Numbered from the stretch's first letter, positions 1 through 10,596 are shown. The stretch is DNA of 64,000 bases from Planctomycetota bacterium (GCA_965223845.1 CBDCXR010000004.1:5568001-5632000); one strand, 5' to 3'. Numbers and translations are program-made. Notes: generated by a model not told the origin, from the sequence alone.

Positions 1-1545
1 GGTCTCGCCGGCGGCGGCGCGTGCGACTTCAGCATGCCGGAGCCGGACCTCATTCAAGGCATCGTCGCTCAGGTCACCAATGATGACGAGGAGTACATCG
101 GCTGGCAGGGTGAGGTCGCGATCGCGCTCGAAACGATCGGGACGAACGGCGGTGACGGGACGCCGGAGTGGGTGATCGACCCGGACCACGGAACCGTCAT
201 CGGCTTCGGCTTTCAATTGAACGACGACGACGATGGCGAGGACACGCGCGAGCACAAGCTCACTTGGGCTCTCATCGAGGACGTGGAGTCCGCATGGCGG
301 AACCCTGGCGCATTCGGAAAGCTCATGTTCGTCGATCCGAAGCTCGAGCCGCCGCCCCTTCTCACCGCCGTCAGAGACGTCAGCTGCGACCGGAACGAGG
401 ACGGCACGGTCGCCGTGAGCTGGACGAACCCCGATTCCGCCGACCCGGAGGTGGAGACGACGATCCTCGTCGATGGCGAGGAGGCCGGCTCGGCTCCCGG
501 CGACGCCGAGGGCGCCGAGCTCCCTGCCGATGCCGTTCCGGACGACGGCGAGGATCACGTGATCACCGTCGTCAACAACAGCACTCAAGGCGCCGAGTGC
601 ACGTTTCTTCAGTCGGACTTCGATTCCTGCGGCGGGATCCGCGAGTGGAACATCCTCGGCGGTTACCTGCGCGAAGGCGGTGCTGCGCCGGGCGACGATG
701 CGATCCGGCTCGACTACATGACCGACGGCGACATATCGGAGACCGATTTCGAGTGGCGCCCGGGCGCCGAGCTCGAACCCGACGTCGGCGGCGCCTCCGC
801 CGCGACTGCGGTGAACGGCGGCGCCGCAGGTCGAGCCCCGGGGGGCATCCCGACGGTCTTCTCGCGCCGAGCCGCGAGCGGCCGAGTCAACCTCAACGCC
901 GAATTCGGCGGCCAGATCGAGCAAATCATGGCCTACGCGCAAACGTACGTGATCGTCGAGGAGCCGATGGACGTGCACCTCGGGATCGCGAGCGACGACT
1001 CGATCCAGGTGCTCCTCAACGGCGAAGAGGTCTTCCTCAACAACATCGGCCGGGGAGGAGCGGACTGCGCCAACCAGGACTTCACCTTTGATCCGGTCGA
1101 GCTCGAAGAAGGCGTCAACTCGCTCATGGTCAAGGTGTTCAACGGCGTCGGAGGCTGGGATTTCACGATTCGCTTCCAAGACGGCGGAGACCTCTTCTCC
1201 GAGATCGTGACGGAAGGGATCTCGATCAGCTCGACGCCGCCGGGCGGTCCTCCGGTCGAGCTGATCCGCCGCGGCGACGCAAACGACGACGGCGCGGTCA
1301 ACATCGCCGACATGATCTACATGCTGAACGGTCTCTTCGGCGACGGCTCTCCCCCGCCGTGCCTCGAAGCCGCGGAGATGAACGGAGACAACGCGTACAA
1401 CATCGCCGACGCGATCTACGGGCTGAACCGCCTGTTCGGAACCGGACCGCCTCCGGTCGGCGGACACGGGCCGGACGGAACGGACTGCGGTGCAGATCCC
1501 GAACCGGAGAACTCGATCGGCTGCGAAAGCACGACGAGCTGCTGA
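1..1545 (+). CDS. Secreted multidomain protein, 5'-truncated: sugar-binding-like domain, Cys-flanked Ig/FN3-like domain, PA14-like beta-sandwich and C-terminal dockerin-like domain
   Basis: Frame is open from base 1. GFGFQLNDDD resembles CBM9-like domains; IASDDSIQVLLNG...NSLMVKV is PA14-like; the C-terminus has a duplicated Ca-binding motif RRGDANDDGAVNIAD...NGDNAYNIAD. Confidence 0.75.
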   Translation, partial: GLAGGGACDFSMPEPDLIQGIVAQVTNDDEEYIGWQGEVAIALETIGTNGGDGTPEWVIDPDHGTVIGFGFQLNDDDDGEDTREHKLTWALIEDVESAWRNPGAFGKLMFVDPKLEPPPLLTAVRDVSCDRNEDGTVAVSWTNPDSADPEVETTILVDGEEAGSAPGDAEGAELPADAVPDDGEDHVITVVNNSTQGAECTFLQSDFDSCGGIREWNILGGYLREGGAAPGDDAIRLDYMTDGDISETDFEWRPGAELEPDVGGASAATAVNGGAAGRAPGGIPTVFSRRAASGRVNLNAEFGGQIEQIMAYAQTYVIVEEPMDVHLGIASDDSIQVLLNGEEVFLNNIGRGGADCANQDFTFDPVELEEGVNSLMVKVFNGVGGWDFTIRFQDGGDLFSEIVTEGISISSTPPGGPPVELIRRGDANDDGAVNIADMIYMLNGLFGDGSPPPCLEAAEMNGDNAYNIADAIYGLNRLFGTGPPPVGGHGPDGTDCGADPEPENSIGCESTTSC

Positions 1546-1606
1546 GCGGCCTAGAGTCGGGTCCGAACGCCTGCGGGCGTCGGGAATCGGCGAGATCCGC
1601 AGACGC

Positions 1607-1648
1607 AAGAGGCGCGCGTCCCTCTCCGGGGCGCGCGCCTCTTTTCTT
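1607..1648 (+). terminator. Rho-independent terminator between convergent genes
   Basis: AAGAGGCGCGCG...CGCGCGCCTCTT stem followed by TTCTT. Confidence 0.7.
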
Positions 1649-1693
1649 AGGCGGTACCGGTCGACAAGGTTCCGTCCGAAAGGACGCGTGAGA

Positions 1694-3376
1694 TCACTTC
1701 GCCGGCGCCGCCGATTCCACGAGTGTTCCCTCACCTTCGACCGCCTCGAAGTACCGGTCGAGCCCTCGCACATCGAACCGCTCCGTTTTCCCCCCGACCC
1801 AGCGCACGGTGAGGGAATCGATGCGCGACGCACTTCCGAGTCCGAAGAGCACGCGAAGATCGTTCTGCGAAAGATAGCTCCCGCCGCTCCGCACTTCGCG
1901 CACTTGCTGTCGACCACCCGCCGAGAGAACGATGCGCGCGCCGATCGCCGAGCGATTCGTCGTCTTGCCGACACAGCGGACGCCCAGCCAGTGCCCAGCG
2001 CGCTTCGTCTCGTTTCGGAAGACGTGGCAGCGACCCGCCCAGTTGCTCACGATGATATCTTCGTCGCCGTCGTTATCGAGATCTCCGGCCGCGGCACCGC
2101 GGCTGTTCGCGACGGCGGCGAGTGCGGGCGAATCCGCCGCGGACACGCGGTCGAACTTGCCGCTCCCCGCGTATCGAAAAAGGAGATTCTCCTGCGCCGC
2201 GCGACTCTGCGGTTGAAACGCTTCGACGTTCTCGAACACGTGGCCGTTCGCGACGAAGAGATCGAGGCCTCCGTCGAGATCGAAGTCCGCGAAGATCGCC
2301 GCCCAGCCGAGGTACGGATAGCTGTGGCGGCCGGTTCCGCTTCGATAGGAAACGTCCTCGAAGAGTCCTCCTCCGAGGTTGCGGTAGAGGCTGTTCGTCT
2401 CGCTCTCGAAATTCGTGACGACGAGGTCGAGCCGCCCGTCGCCGTCGAAGTCTCCCCAGTCGGTGCCCATCCCGTTCTCCATCTCGCCGTCCTCGCTGAG
2501 CGCGACGCCGGCGACGAGCCCGACCTCTTCGAACGTTCCGTCTCCGCGGTTGTGAAAGAGGAGATTGTCGGTCGCATCGTTCGCAACGTAGATGTCGATG
2601 GCGCCATCGCCGTCGTAATCGGCCGTCGCGACACCGAGCCCGCGGCCGCGCGGTGAGAGAAGACCGGCCGCGACCGTCACGTCCGTGAACTTGCCGCTTC
2701 CGTCGTTTTGAAAGAGTCGATCGGGGACCGCTCGATAGTCCTGCGGGACGCAGTAGGTCGGAATGCCCCGCTGCTCGCAGGTCTTCTCACGGCGGGAATC
2801 ATAAAGAACGTAGTTCGCGACGTAGAGATCGAGATCACCGTCGCGGTCGTAGTCGAGAAAGGCCGCGCTCGTGCTGAATGCTCCGTCGGCGAGACCCGCC
2901 CGTCCCGCGACTTCCGTGAATCGGCCGCGGTCGTTCAAGTAGAGTCGATTTCGGCCGTAGCAGCTCACGAAGAGATCGTCGTCGCCGTCGCCGTCGACGT
3001 CGCCCGCCGCACCACCGATGGCGTAACCGACGTCGACGAGGCCGGCGCTGATCGACGCGTCGACGAATCGGCCGCCGCCGACTCCGCGGTAGAAGCGCGT
3101 CCAGTCGCGTCCTTCACTCGGACAGCCGCTGAGCGCCGCGCCGCTCAGGAGAACAACGTCGAGCCAGCCGTCGCGGTCGAAGTCCGCGAGAACGACCCCG
3201 CCCCCGATCTGCTCGACGAAGAAGTGAGCGCCGCAACCGCCGTGTCGGTGTTCGAAGGTGATCCCGCTTTCTTCGGTCGCGTCGACGAGCTTTGGACCGT
3301 CGGCAGGGAGCGCGCGCGGCCAGAGCGCGAAGAGGAGAGCTGTGGTGACGGCGAGACCGTGAAACCCCCGTCGCAT
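1694..3376 (-). CDS. CRTAC1/ASPIC-UnbV family protein with FG-GAP repeats
   Basis: Repeated D[FY]DxDGxxD motifs and a C-terminal ASPIC/UnbV motif (AIGARI...GGSYLSQ...FGLG). Start reassigned to the ATG at 3376 (signal peptide MRRGFHGLAVTTALL), which overlaps the upstream stop. Confidence 0.88.
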   Translation of the reverse strand: MRRGFHGLAVTTALLFALWPRALPADGPKLVDATEESGITFEHRHGGCGAHFFVEQIGGGVVLADFDRDGWLDVVLLSGAALSGCPSEGRDWTRFYRGVGGGRFVDASISAGLVDVGYAIGGAAGDVDGDGDDDLFVSCYGRNRLYLNDRGRFTEVAGRAGLADGAFSTSAAFLDYDRDGDLDLYVANYVLYDSRREKTCEQRGIPTYCVPQDYRAVPDRLFQNDGSGKFTDVTVAAGLLSPRGRGLGVATADYDGDGAIDIYVANDATDNLLFHNRGDGTFEEVGLVAGVALSEDGEMENGMGTDWGDFDGDGRLDLVVTNFESETNSLYRNLGGGLFEDVSYRSGTGRHSYPYLGWAAIFADFDLDGGLDLFVANGHVFENVEAFQPQSRAAQENLLFRYAGSGKFDRVSAADSPALAAVANSRGAAAGDLDNDGDEDIIVSNWAGRCHVFRNETKRAGHWLGVRCVGKTTNRSAIGARIVLSAGGRQQVREVRSGGSYLSQNDLRVLFGLGSASRIDSLTVRWVGGKTERFDVRGLDRYFEAVEGEGTLVESAAPAK

Positions 3377-4656
3377 CAGCGGCGCTCCTCCGCATTCCGA
3401 GAGTTCGGCGGCGGAACGTCCGAGCTCGTCGTCCCTGCGCCGGTCTCGATCCGCTTCCTCAAGGCCTCGAGATCGTCTCGCTCGGGATCGAGCTCGATCG
3501 CCCGGCGGATCCACTCGCGCGCCTCTCTCGGCTTGCTCGCGAGATGAAAAATCCACGCGACGTTCGCGAGCCGGGACGCGCTCGGCTCGAGGCGAGCCGC
3601 GGCCCGCGCGTGGCGTAGCGCGCTCGCGGCGTCGCCGCGCTTCAGGTAGGCGAGTCCGAGATTCGAGTGCGCGTTCACGAATGCGGGATGGGCGTCGAGC
3701 GCTCGCTCGTACGCGCGAATCGCACGGTCGAGGTCCCCCGCGCGGCGCATCGATTCCGCCCGCTCGTAGTGGAGTCGCGCCTTCGCGCGGCGAAACCGAA
3801 CGAGCGCCTCCCGGCCTTCGGTGTTGAGCTTGAGGCGAAAGCACACCTTCGCAAGCCGGTAGTGGGCCGGCGCAAAGGTGGCGTCGAGGTCGATCGCTTT
3901 CCGGAGCGACGCGCGCGCTGCCTTGAGCTCCCCCCGCGATTCGAGCGCGCCCGCGAGCGCATAGTGGACGAGGGCCACGTCGGCGTCGATCTCGAGGGCT
4001 CGACGAAACGCTTCGAGCGCAGCGTCGTCGCTTCCTGCGCGAGCGAGGACCGTGCCGAGGTTGTGCCACGCCGAAACGCTCTTCGGTGCGACCTCGACCG
4101 CGAGCTCGAGATTGCGCTGGGCCGAATCGAAATCGCCGAGCTCAGCGCGGACCAGGGCGAGCGCGACGAGCGCCGGAGCGTGATCGGCATCGACAGCGAG
4201 AGCCTGACGACAAGCCGCCTCGGCGAGATCGTAATCGCGAACGCGGCGATGGACTCTCCCGAGTGCGGCGTAGAGGGTCACCTCACGCGGGAGCGCCGCG
4301 ACGCCCCGCTCGAGGAGCTCGCGCGCCGAGGCGAAGTCTTGCATGCGCTCGTACGCGTCGGCGCCGAGGCGGTAGCCGCACGGGTCCCGTGGGCTGCGGG
4401 CGACGGCGGTCAGCGCGAGATCGGCAGCCTGCGCGAGATCGGCACGCTCGAGCGCGGCACTGACCTCCGCACAGGGCGAGGAAGGCTTCTCCGGCGCTTG
4501 CCCGGTGACGCGCGCGGCCGGTAGCGCCGCGAGCACGGCGGCGACGCAAGCGATCGAGCAGAGGCGCCGCGAGCGGTCGTCTCGCGACGACGGAGCTCGC
4601 CGACCGAGAACCGTCGCTCGGAGCTCTTTCGCCGGTTCCACGTTCGAAATCCTCAC
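3376..4656 (-). CDS. Tetratricopeptide repeat protein, probably exported
   Basis: Multiple TPR-like units (AWHNLGTVL, AHSNLGLAY, AIELDP) and a hydrophobic N-terminal segment. Translationally coupled to the ASPIC/UnbV gene. Start uncertain. Confidence 0.8.
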   Translation of the reverse strand: MRISNVEPAKELRATVLGRRAPSSRDDRSRRLCSIACVAAVLAALPAARVTGQAPEKPSSPCAEVSAALERADLAQAADLALTAVARSPRDPCGYRLGADAYERMQDFASARELLERGVAALPREVTLYAALGRVHRRVRDYDLAEAACRQALAVDADHAPALVALALVRAELGDFDSAQRNLELAVEVAPKSVSAWHNLGTVLARAGSDDAALEAFRRALEIDADVALVHYALAGALESRGELKAARASLRKAIDLDATFAPAHYRLAKVCFRLKLNTEGREALVRFRRAKARLHYERAESMRRAGDLDRAIRAYERALDAHPAFVNAHSNLGLAYLKRGDAASALRHARAAARLEPSASRLANVAWIFHLASKPREAREWIRRAIELDPERDDLEALRKRIETGAGTTSSDVPPPNSRNAEERR

Positions 4657-5034
4657 GCCGAAGTCCGCCGATCACCGCGTACCCGGTCCGCCACGATACT
4701 TCGCGCCGCGACCGGCCAGGATTGTCGGCGCTCGACGCATTCGGATCCACTGTCAATCGACGACCGAAGGTGCAGCAAGCACGTCATCCGCCGATGGGAT
4801 TCCCCGCCTACGCGCGAGCGAATCGCGTTCGCCCCGGGAGTGCCCCCCGGCAATTCCGGCCGTTCGAGGTGCTATCATCGCTCTTCGACTCCAACCGTGC
4901 TTCTCGCGAGGCGGGAGGCTTCGTAGAATCCTCGATCGCTTCGAGCGCGGGAAAACCTCGCCCGACGGTTCCTCCCTCGATCGAGTCTCGTTCCCTGGTT
5001 TCCCCAGTTCGCTTCGGTCGCCTGTCGCTTCCGC

Positions 5035-6846
5035 ATGTCGCTCCTTCTCCAAGTTCAAGCTCTCCGCAAATCCTACGGCGCGGATGTGATCCTCGACGGC
5101 GTCGATCTCACGTTCTCGCACGGTGATCGCATCGGCATGATCGGCCGAAACGGAGCGGGAAAGACCACTCTGCTTCGGATTCTCACGGGCGAGGAGGAGC
5201 CCGACTCCGGGGAGGTGCGCCGCGCTTCCGCGCTCCGGTGGAGCGCACTCGAGCAGAAGGATCCGTTTCGGCCCGGCGAGCGTGTCGACGAGTTTCTCGA
5301 GCGCAGCTCGGGGAAGGAAGAGTGGCAGTGCGGGAAGATCGCCGGCCGGTTTCAACTGAAGGGGGACGTGTTTCGCTCACCCATCGCGAGTCTTCCGGGA
5401 GGCTTTCAGACCCGAGTGAAGCTCGCGGCGATGCTGCTTCGCGATCCGAATCTTCTTCTTCTCGACGAGCCGACCAACTATCTCGACTTGAAGACGCTAC
5501 TCCTTCTCGAGCGCTTCCTCGGCGAGTTTTCGGGAGCCTACGTGATCGTTTCGCACGACCGCGAGTTCCTCAAGCGAACTTGTCGCCAAACGCTCGAGAT
5601 CGAGTTCGGCGATGCGGCCCTCTTTCCGGGCGACATCGAGGCGTACCTCGCGTACAAGGCCGAGCAGGTCGACCTCATCGAGCGCCAAAATCGAAACGTC
5701 GAAGCGAAGCGAAAGAGCCTCCAGCGGTTTGTCGATCGGTACCGAGTTCGCGCGGCGACCGCCTCGCGAGCGCAGTCGAAGCTAAAAGAGATCGAACGAC
5801 TCGAGACGACGGACGTTCGGCCGACCGCGCCGACCATCCATCTGAAGCTACCCTCCGTCGAGAAGAAGAAGGGTACGGCGCTCCGCTGCGCGGACTTCGC
5901 CATCGGTTACCCGGAGCGAACCGTCGCTGCGGGCATCCACTTCGAGATCGAGCGGGGCGAGCACGTCGCCGTGCTCGGCGACAACGGCGAAGGAAAGACA
6001 ACGTTCCTCCGCAGCATCGCCGGTCAACTCCCACCGAGAGGCGGGTCGTTCGAGTGGGGCTACGGTATCCGCCACGCGTTCTACGCCCAGCACGTCTACT
6101 CGGCGCTCCCGCCGAAAAAGACCGTGCTCGAGTACCTCGAGGGCCAGGCCGCGCGGGACGTTACCCGGCAGCAGGTTCTCGACCTCGCCGGCTGCTTTCT
6201 CTTTCGCGGCACCGAAGTCGACAAACGCATCGACGTCCTCAGCGGAGGCGAGCGAGCGCGTGCCTGTCTCGCCGGCATCCTTCTCAGCAAGGAACCGGTA
6301 CTCCTTCTCGACGAACCGACGAACCACCTCGATTTCGAGACGGTCGAAGCGCTCGCCACGGCGCTCCGCGACTACGCCGGCACCGTTTTCTTCATCAGCC
6401 ACGATCGGACATTCGTCAACTCCGTCGCGACGAACATCCTCGACGTGCGCGCGGGGTCGATTCGACTCTTTCCGGGAGACTACGACTCCTACGTCTACCA
6501 GATCGAGCGCGAGCTCGAACGTGCATCGGACGCCGAGCCCTCTCGCGGTCGCCCGACGCCGAGGCCGAAGCTCACGCACGAAGAGCGCAAGGAACGACGC
6601 GCGCAGATCACCAAGCTGAAGCGGCGAATCGAAAGCGCCGAGCGGCGACTTCGCGAGGCGACACAAGAGCGAGATGCGATCCACGCACACTTTCTCGCGC
6701 ATCCGCTCGAGCCAGCGGTCGACAAGCAGAAGCGACTCGAGGAGCTCACCGAGATCGCCGGCGCGGCGGAGAACGAGTGGCTGGGGCTGAACGAAGAGCT
6801 CGAGCGGATCGAGGGCTCGGACGGCGACAGCGCCGATTCGATGTAG
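5035..6846 (+). CDS. ABC-F family ATP-binding protein
   Basis: Two nucleotide-binding domains (GRNGAGKT and GDNGEGKT, LLLDEPTN twice), no transmembrane segments, C-terminal coiled coil. Confidence 0.92.
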   Translation: MSLLLQVQALRKSYGADVILDGVDLTFSHGDRIGMIGRNGAGKTTLLRILTGEEEPDSGEVRRASALRWSALEQKDPFRPGERVDEFLERSSGKEEWQCGKIAGRFQLKGDVFRSPIASLPGGFQTRVKLAAMLLRDPNLLLLDEPTNYLDLKTLLLLERFLGEFSGAYVIVSHDREFLKRTCRQTLEIEFGDAALFPGDIEAYLAYKAEQVDLIERQNRNVEAKRKSLQRFVDRYRVRAATASRAQSKLKEIERLETTDVRPTAPTIHLKLPSVEKKKGTALRCADFAIGYPERTVAAGIHFEIERGEHVAVLGDNGEGKTTFLRSIAGQLPPRGGSFEWGYGIRHAFYAQHVYSALPPKKTVLEYLEGQAARDVTRQQVLDLAGCFLFRGTEVDKRIDVLSGGERARACLAGILLSKEPVLLLDEPTNHLDFETVEALATALRDYAGTVFFISHDRTFVNSVATNILDVRAGSIRLFPGDYDSYVYQIERELERASDAEPSRGRPTPRPKLTHEERKERRAQITKLKRRIESAERRLREATQERDAIHAHFLAHPLEPAVDKQKRLEELTEIAGAAENEWLGLNEELERIEGSDGDSADSM

Positions 6847-6855
6847 ACCGGATCG

Positions 6856-7011
6856 TCAGCTCGCGCTCGAGAGACCGTCGAAGCCGAGCCAGCCGGAAAT
6901 CTCCGGGCGCACGAGCTCCCACACGAACGCGCCCGAGGCGAAGAGGAGACTCGTGATCACGATCGCGACCAGGACGGCGATGATCGTGAGAGGTTCTCGA
7001 CGGGCGTTCAT
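6856..7011 (-). CDS. Small single-pass membrane protein (51 aa), hypothetical
   Basis: MNARREPLTIIAVLVAIVITSLLFASGAFVW has a strong hydrophobic helix and fills the gap between genes. Confidence 0.4.
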   Translation of the reverse strand: MNARREPLTIIAVLVAIVITSLLFASGAFVWELVRPEISGWLGFDGLSSAS

Positions 7012-7202
7012 GAGCGAGTGTTTCTCCGGGCGAAGTGTCCTCGAGCTCGCAGATCGGTGTCGCTCGCTCCCGTTGGACGATTCGAGGACCCGATCCCTTC
7101 GATTCGAGCGGCGCTCGGAGTCTGTGGACGCGGCGAGAGACTGGGCGTCCTCGCCGGATTGACCCGCCGCGCACCCCCGCGGAGAATCGAAGCGAGGCCG
7201 CC

Positions 7203-9269
7203 ATGTCGCACCGCACGATCTCGCTCCCGACGACAGCAAAAGCCCGCCGAGGAATCGGACGCGTTGGCCGGATGTTCTGGATCCGGGCGGCCGTGCTCGG
7301 CGCGGGCCTTGCCTCAGCCGGATGCGACGGTGCTTCCCCGGGCGACCGCTCTCCAAAGGCGACCTCCGATCCAGGAGATCCTCCGAGAGCCACGGGCGCC
7401 GACCGCGACGTGGAGAGACGCGGCCGAGCCCTCGAAGCGCTCGGCGATTGGTCCGCTGCGGCCGCGGTGTACGAGGACGCGGCGATCGACAAGGCCGGAA
7501 TCGATGACGTCTGGGTGAGGAAGGCGATCCTCGCGCACATGATGGCCGACGCGCCCGAAGCCGCCGAGCGCTTTGCTCGCTCCGCGCTCGCGCGGGCGCC
7601 GGGCGCCCATCGCGTTCTCTTCTATCTCGGCGACAGCCAGCGCGTCACCATGCGCTTCGACGAGGCCGCCTCCTCGCTCGACGAGTTCCTCGCCCTCGAG
7701 CCCGACCACCTCGAAGCAAATCTATCGCTCGGGCACGTCCGGCTTCGACTCGGCGACGCCGAACGCGCCCTCGCACGCTTCGATCGGTTTCTGCGCGCGA
7801 GCTCGCCCGATGGGGAGTTCGCGGCGGCGGCGCGGCTCGGACGCGTGCGCGCGCTCCGTCGTCTCGGCCGGCGCGAGGCAGCCGCCGACGCGGCGCTCGA
7901 AGCTCTCGAGATCCGGCCGTTCGACCACGACGCGCTCGTCGAGGCGACGCAGTCGTTCGCGCAGGTTCGAATGCCCGAGCTCGCGAAGGCCGCGCGCGTG
8001 CTCCAGCAGTGGCTCGCCAAGCGCGGACACGGACTGAGCAGCGAAGATCCGGACGTCCTCGTTCGCGCGAAGAAAACCGCCTCGGAAGCGCTCCGCGCTG
8101 CCGACCGGCGCGAGTTCAAGTCGGCGCTCGAGCTCTTCCGTCGAGCCACCCAGGAACGACCGGCGGATCTCGCTCTCGCCGAGGCCGCCGCGGACTTCCT
8201 TCTTCGGTTGAAGCGTTTCGAGGAGTGTCTCGTCGCGGCGGAACGCGCCGTTCGCGCGGCCGGTCGGGAGAGCGCATCGCTCACTCTCGCGCGGGCGACT
8301 GCGCTCTCGGGACTCGGCCGAAAGGACGAGGCGAGGAGGCTCGTTCGCGACGCCGTGGCACGCGTCCCGTCGGTGCGCGGAGACGCAAGTGAGGCGACAG
8401 CGGGAGACGCGGCGACCGCATTTCTCGTCGCGGCCGCCGAGTTCGAGCTCGGGACGGACGGAGACCCGCGCGTCGCCCTCGAGTGGTGCGAGCGAGCGGT
8501 GACTTCGCCCGACCGCGGCGAGGCGCTGATCACGGGGGCGCGAGCGGCGCTCGCGCTGGGCGATGTCGAACGCGCGCGCGGATTCATCGCGCAAGTTGGA
8601 GCGGGAGTTTCCTCCGACCGTCCCGGCCGCGTTCGCGTCGAGTCGGTTCTCAAGGGACTCTCCGGCGACCTCGACGGCGCGGCGCGTGGGCTGATGTCGC
8701 TCGTCAAGGCCTCGCCGAACGAGTTCGAAAACTACCGTGCGTTCAAACGCGTGTTCGGCACGCAGCGCCACGTTTCGCAGGTCGCCGAGCTCATCGCCCT
8801 CGGCGACCGGAAGCGCGAGAGCCGAGCTCGACTGGAGTCGGCCGCGCGCGCGGCAGCAGAGGTCCCGCTCTTCGAGGGCGATGCGAAGACGGACACCCTC
8901 GCGGCGACACGATACCGAGAGCTCGCCGGGGCGGCACGGGAGTGCGGCGAAACGGCACTCGCGCTCGATGCGCACTTCCTTGCGAGCGAGCTCGCTCCCG
9001 CTTCGACGGCCAGCCTCGAGGCCGCACTCGCGATCCTCCACTCACCGGCGGACGTCTTCGCGCGCCTCCACGTCCTTCGCCGACTCCGCGTTCAGCGCCC
9101 GGACGAGCCGGCGTTCGCTCGCAGAGCGATCGAGGAGTATCTTGCGCTCGGGCTTCGATTCGATGCAGCGCTCGAGCTCGCGACGAAGCTCGCCGCGCGC
9201 GAGCCGGGTTCCTCGGCCGACGCGCTGATCGCCCGCGTTCGACGTGCGATCGACGCGCGGCAGAAATGA
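7203..9269 (+). CDS. TPR-rich putative lipoprotein
   Basis: Lipobox-like LASAGC followed by Ala-rich helical TPR-like repeats. Start could be 7203 or 7272. Confidence 0.7.
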   Translation: MSHRTISLPTTAKARRGIGRVGRMFWIRAAVLGAGLASAGCDGASPGDRSPKATSDPGDPPRATGADRDVERRGRALEALGDWSAAAAVYEDAAIDKAGIDDVWVRKAILAHMMADAPEAAERFARSALARAPGAHRVLFYLGDSQRVTMRFDEAASSLDEFLALEPDHLEANLSLGHVRLRLGDAERALARFDRFLRASSPDGEFAAAARLGRVRALRRLGRREAAADAALEALEIRPFDHDALVEATQSFAQVRMPELAKAARVLQQWLAKRGHGLSSEDPDVLVRAKKTASEALRAADRREFKSALELFRRATQERPADLALAEAAADFLLRLKRFEECLVAAERAVRAAGRESASLTLARATALSGLGRKDEARRLVRDAVARVPSVRGDASEATAGDAATAFLVAAAEFELGTDGDPRVALEWCERAVTSPDRGEALITGARAALALGDVERARGFIAQVGAGVSSDRPGRVRVESVLKGLSGDLDGAARGLMSLVKASPNEFENYRAFKRVFGTQRHVSQVAELIALGDRKRESRARLESAARAAAEVPLFEGDAKTDTLAATRYRELAGAARECGETALALDAHFLASELAPASTASLEAALAILHSPADVFARLHVLRRLRVQRPDEPAFARRAIEEYLALGLRFDAALELATKLAAREPGSSADALIARVRRAIDARQK

Positions 9270-9309
9270 AAAGAGCGCCCGAAGGACGCGAGTCCTTCGG
9301 GCGCTCTTT
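9270..9309. terminator. Bidirectional hairpin terminator (copy 1 of a 3-member hairpin family)
   Basis: AAAGAGCGCCCGAAGGAC-gcga-GTCCTTCGGGCGCTCTTT perfect stem between convergent genes. Confidence 0.8.
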
Positions 9310-9375
9310 CTGCTGCCGACACCGGGATGGCTCAGCGACGATCTCGCGAAACCACACGCGGTGTCGTCCGGGCGA

Positions 9376-10596
9376 TTAGAGGGGGCAACCCTCGTTGTTG
9401 AGCCCGTCGAGGACGTCCTTCGTGCCCTCGATCACGTCCGCGTCGCCGCTGTCGACCGCGTCGTTGAACGCGTCGATCACTTCGTCCGCGGTCAGACCGT
9501 AGCTGACGTCCGGAGAGAGCGCGTTGAGGAGCGCCGCGACCGAGTGACGTCCGAGCGCGTTCACGCCGCCGCCCCGAATTCTGAGAATATCGAGGAGCGT
9601 TTGGTCGCCAAAGACGTCGCTACCGAAGACGTCGACAAAGAGGTCGTCCGGACTCACGAGCGTCCAGTCGCCGACGCGAAGACCACGATTCTTCCAGTAT
9701 CCGGGCGTGCAGCCTTCGCCACCGGTCGGCGGCTCCGGACGGAAGTAGCAGAAGTCCGCCGTCAGATCGCTCGAGTTGTCGTCCGCGAGCGTCGTGCAGT
9801 AAGGAGAAGCGCGGCTGTCGCCGAGCTCGCCACACGCAACGAGGCTGCTCGAGACGGTCGACTCGTCGACCTTCACGCAGTAGTCGCCGGCACAGAGACC
9901 CTCGAAGAGGTAGTTGCCGTCCGCGTCGGTGATCGCCGAAGCGATCTCCGCGCCGCTGCCGTCACAGAGGACGAGACGGACATCCGGAAGACCGTTTTCG
10001 CCTGCATCCTTCACGCCGTCGCCGTTCTCGTCGACCCACACGAGATCGCCGATCGTCCCAAGGCAGGGATCGGGAACATCGCAGTAGACGAAATCGATGC
10101 CGTTGATGTTCGTGCCGCAGCCGGGGATCACCGGCTCCATGTCGACCGTCTGCGACTTCCCGGCGAGGTCACCGCCCGCGCAAACCGACGGATCCGGAAC
10201 ATCGGTCTCCGCGCAGCCCGCACCGTTCTCCGTGTTGAGACAGTTGAGCGTCGTGAGCTCCTTGTTCGCGGGGACCATCGAGTCGTCGATGATCTTCACC
10301 GTGAAGACGATGATCGGGTCGAAGCGGACGAGGTCGGTGAACCGATACTCGCCCATGTCGTCCGTCGTCGTCGTGACGTCGATACCGTTGTCCTGGAGGG
10401 GATTCCCGTCCCCGTCGCAGAGTCCGACCACGACGTTCTCGAGAACCTCGGGGCCCGGCTGCGCGTCCTGGCCGCAATCAGGATCGGCGCCGGCGCACCA
10501 AATCGTCCCTCGGATCGTGCGAGCGGACGCGGTAGAACACGCCAGCACGACACACGCGGTCGCCGCGAAACCGACGATCGTTCTTGTTTTCAACAT
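9376..10596 (-). CDS. Secreted Cys-rich SdrD B-like domain protein, paralog 1
   Basis: Signal peptide; GTIGDLVWVDENGDGVKDAGENGL...TDADGNYLF (SdrD/Cna B-like); C-terminal GCTPGYWKN domain. AAAGGAG precedes the ATG at 10596. Confidence 0.85.
   Translation of the reverse strand: MLKTRTIVGFAATACVVLACSTASARTIRGTIWCAGADPDCGQDAQPGPEVLENVVVGLCDGDGNPLQDNGIDVTTTTDDMGEYRFTDLVRFDPIIVFTVKIIDDSMVPANKELTTLNCLNTENGAGCAETDVPDPSVCAGGDLAGKSQTVDMEPVIPGCGTNINGIDFVYCDVPDPCLGTIGDLVWVDENGDGVKDAGENGLPDVRLVLCDGSGAEIASAITDADGNYLFEGLCAGDYCVKVDESTVSSSLVACGELGDSRASPYCTTLADDNSSDLTADFCYFRPEPPTGGEGCTPGYWKNRGLRVGDWTLVSPDDLFVDVFGSDVFGDQTLLDILRIRGGGVNALGRHSVAALLNALSPDVSYGLTADEVIDAFNDAVDSGDADVIEGTKDVLDGLNNEGCPL

Noticed and set aside
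3377-4069. N-terminal 231 aa of the 791-aa ORF at 1694-4069
   Set aside because: Arg-rich shadow translation overlapping the TPR gene; the true start is most likely the ATG at 3376 with a signal peptide.
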